52,004 bases of DNA from Acidimicrobiia bacterium (GTDB lineage Bacteria; Actinomycetota; Acidimicrobiia; IMCC26256; BP-133). The DNA lies in assembly GCA_044870155.1 (NCBI GenBank), contig JBIOYN010000289.1, positions 1 through 52,004 on the forward strand, written 5' to 3'. Positions 50,071 to 52,004 of this stretch are shown here, piece by piece. A program made the translations under genes and the position numbers. The notes beneath the pieces were generated by a model. It had not been told where the DNA came from. It made no database searches and saw nothing but the letters and a program-made list of their open reading frames with translations. Position 1 is the first letter of the stretch, and every line of letters starts with the position of its first letter.

Positions 50071-52004
50071 GCCGGTGCCACCCTGTCCTGCTCGGGCCGG
50101 CGGTGGACGGGCCGGACGGCGCCGGCCGGCACGGTGCGCAGGTCGATCTCGGCCGGCCGGGAACGGTCCCCCACCCCGAGGCGGAACCCGAACGAGGGCT
50201 GCCACGCCGCCACCCGCAGCACCAGGACGTGTCCGGCGGGGCGGGAAGGCGGGGTCTCCCAGACGAGCGGCTGACCCGGGGGCAGGTCGACCCACACCTC
50301 CGCCGCCCCGGCGGCGAACCCCCGCCGGCGGCCGTCGTGCACGGTGGTGACGGTGGCCCGCCCCTCCCGCAGCAGCACCAGGTAGTCGGGTGAGAGGCCG
50401 AGTTCCACCCGGAAGCGCTCGGTGGCCTCGGCCAGGTCGTAGGCCACGTCCAGGTGGTCGGCGTCGGGGCCGAGCCGCACGCGCTTGGTCGACCCCAGGA
50501 GCGGCGAGCCGGCCTCGACGTTGCGCAGCTCCGCCTCCACCGCTCCATCGCCCAGGAGGCGGGTGGCCGCCACCTCCCAGCGCTCGTTCTCGTGACCCAC
50601 GTCGGCCAGGGCGCCGGGGTGGTTGGCCGGGACCTCCATGTAGCGGTTGACGTCCTCCTGCCAGTTCCAGTCGTCCGCCGGGTTGCCCACCACCAGGGCG
50701 CCGGCCGACAGGTCGTAGAGGGCCACCAGACGGGCGCCGAAGCGGGGCGAGAGGACGGCGAAGAGCCGGTCGTTGGCCAGCACCACCTCGACCTCGCCGT
50801 CGTCGTCGAGATCGGCGCTCCACACCCGGGGCCCGCCGTTGCCCTGACGGGCGCCGCATGACGCCGGGAACCGGGCGGCGGCCACGGTGTGGAGGGCGGC
50901 CCGGGCGTGGGAGGCGGCGGCCCGGGCCCAGGGCGCAGGCTCGTCGGGGCTCGCCCCCAGCCCGTGCCAGGCCGTCTCGTAGGCGGCGGCCATGAGCTGC
51001 GTCCAGGCCAGGTCCCACAGCCGGGAGGCGGCCCGGGCCCCGGCGCCGTTGCGGGACGGGTGTTCCGGCGTTCCTGCCGGGCACCTGTCGCCCGTCAGGA
51101 ACGCCGGTGGAATGCCGGCCGGGGTGGCGGGGCCGGGGGGGCCGGCCGACAGGGTCGCTTCCAGGCGTTCCAGGTGGGCCCGGTAGGGGGCGTAGAGCGC
51201 CGACGCCCACCAGCGCTGGTAGTCGTCGCCGGCGCCGCCGGCGGCCAGCTCGTAGAACGTGCCGGGCTCCACCGCCCGGGTGTCGGACGGCGGATGGGCG
51301 GCCAGCCATGGGCCCACCAGCACGGTGTCCACCTTGTCGGTGGAGGCCAGCCAGCGCAACAGGCCCTCGTAGGCGTCGACCCCGGACCGGCGCCACGCCC
51401 CGCTGGTCCACGGACCCACCGCCGCCGTCTTTTCCAGGTCGTCGGCGTAGAGCGCCAGGGTCCCCCGACCGGCGGCACGCGCCGCGCCGAGGGTGTCGAA
51501 CAGGAGCCGCCACGCCGCCATGTCCCTGGGCGGCACGGCGTAGCGCAGGTCTCCGGAGATGGGCACAGCCACCAGGCCGCCGGCCCCGGCCACCCGCCAC
51601 GGTCGCAGATGGGCGCCGTCCCGCTGCCGCCCCGGACCGTCCCCGTTGGCGCCGGCGTCGCCGGGGACCGGAGGGGCGGGGAGCAGGGGCGGCGGGCCGG
51701 CGGCGGAGGCGGGCAGCGGCGAACGGCCCGGCGCCGTCTCCCGGTCGAACCCGGCCCGGTGCGCCGCCGGGTAGGCCAGCCGGTCGTCGAGGAGCACGTA
51801 GCGGTACCCACCGTTGGCCAGCCCCGGATCGCCCACCACCGGCGCCAGGGCGGCCGTGTCCCACACCCGCTCCGGCACCCAGAAGCCGGACACCTCCGGC
51901 GCCGCCACCCCCAGGTGGCGCGTCAGCAGGTCGAGCTCCTCGGCCACCTGTCGCCGGTTGTGCTCGGCGCTGAAGAGCGGCATGACGGGCTGGGACCAGG
52001 CGCT
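50067..52004 (-). CDS. GH57-like alpha-glucan-active enzyme (alpha-amylase/4-alpha-glucanotransferase-type, with DUF1925/1926-like C-terminal half), 5'-truncated by the window edge
   Basis: Regions resembling the GH57 conserved regions: GFWVPERVW (nucleophile Glu), LYADDLEKT (acid/base Asp) and AAYETAWHG. The reading frame stays open upstream of the listed Met to position 52004 (SAWSQPV-MPLF), so the N-terminus lies outside the window. Confidence 0.7.
   Translation of the reverse strand, partial: SAWSQPVMPLFSAEHNRRQVAEELDLLTRHLGVAAPEVSGFWVPERVWDTAALAPVVGDPGLANGGYRYVLLDDRLAYPAAHRAGFDRETAPGRSPLPASAAGPPPLLPAPPVPGDAGANGDGPGRQRDGAHLRPWRVAGAGGLVAVPISGDLRYAVPPRDMAAWRLLFDTLGAARAAGRGTLALYADDLEKTAAVGPWTSGAWRRSGVDAYEGLLRWLASTDKVDTVLVGPWLAAHPPSDTRAVEPGTFYELAAGGAGDDYQRWWASALYAPYRAHLERLEATLSAGPPGPATPAGIPPAFLTGDRCPAGTPEHPSRNGAGARAASRLWDLAWTQLMAAAYETAWHGLGASPDEPAPWARAAASHARAALHTVAAARFPASCGARQGNGGPRVWSADLDDDGEVEVVLANDRLFAVLSPRFGARLVALYDLSAGALVVGNPADDWNWQEDVNRYMEVPANHPGALADVGHENERWEVAATRLLGDGAVEAELRNVEAGSPLLGSTKRVRLGPDADHLDVAYDLAEATERFRVELGLSPDYLVLLREGRATVTTVHDGRRRGFAAGAAEVWVDLPPGQPLVWETPPSRPAGHVLVLRVAAWQPSFGFRLGVGDRSRPAEIDLRTVPAGAVRPVHRRPEQDRVAPA
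51068..51104. repeat. copy B of the 37-nt hairpin element, located inside the GH57-like coding sequence
   Basis: GCGTTCCTGCCGGGC-acctgtc-GCCCGTCAGGAACGC. Both 15-nt arms, plus the following CGG, are identical to copy A at 44348-44387. The loop is 6 of 7 the reverse complement of the copy A loop. Confidence 0.8.

Noticed and set aside
50071-51864. N-terminal 598 codons of the 1251-aa ORF 48109..51864
   Set aside because: This stretch is out of frame over the GH57-like gene and has low-complexity Arg/Pro/Gly content. The ABC exporter begins at ATG 50070, with an ATGA overlap and the TM helices starting immediately.
1-52004. Search for CRISPR arrays, rRNA/tRNA genes, IS elements and integrons
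   Set aside because: I found no regularly spaced direct repeats, no conserved rRNA or tRNA structures and no transposase- or integrase-like translations in any frame by eye. A covariance-model scan (Infernal, tRNAscan) would be needed to exclude small ncRNAs.

Overview
This is a 52 kb, very GC-rich (about 70%) chromosomal segment. Gene content points to Actinomycetota: ctaE-qcrCAB, the actinobacterial subunit CtaF, and an Asp23/AmaP envelope-stress operon. I cannot place it more precisely. I support about 50 protein-coding genes. I found no rRNA, tRNA, CRISPR array, transposase or integrase. Most of the very long ORFs in the six-frame track are out-of-frame or antisense artefacts of the high GC content. 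Many real genes begin well inside the listed ORFs, so I re-derived their starts from RBS positions and stop/start overlaps.

Main blocks:
- 0-5 kb: a ferritin-like gene pair and a convergent cAMP pair (cNMP-binding patatin lipase; alpha/beta-hydrolase-fused class III cyclase).
- 5-9 kb: a Rieske-domain membrane protein, a secreted collagen-like protein, a cupredoxin lipoprotein and a stand-alone ATP-dependent DNA ligase.
- 8.8-11.3 kb: a six-gene, translationally coupled Asp23/DUF2273/DUF6286/AmaP operon.
- 12.6-18.3 kb: a same-strand c-di-GMP array (sensor GGDEF-EAL, degenerate GGDEF with I-site, cytoplasmic BtuF-like binding protein, AGDEF-EAL).
- 18-26 kb: housekeeping and miscellaneous genes (GNAT, M3 peptidase, ccr, PBP4, PIN-PhoH2, OsmC).
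- 26-33 kb: an XRE regulator, another GGDEF-EAL, an ECF sigma factor with a putative anti-sigma factor, and a copper-radical oxidase.
- 33-41 kb: respiratory genes ctaE-qcrCAB and ctaD-ctaF, separated by a GAF-PAS-GGDEF-EAL gene.
- 41-52 kb: the most unusual locus. It holds four APH-fold kinase paralogues, three of which have lost catalytic-loop residues. With them are a PAPS sulfotransferase, a Thr-nucleophile sulfatase-like enzyme, an ABC exporter and a GH57-like glucan enzyme, mostly joined by overlapping stop/start codons. A 37-nt hairpin element occurs twice in this locus, once inside a coding sequence.

I regard this last locus as the best candidate for an undescribed system. Its function is inference only.
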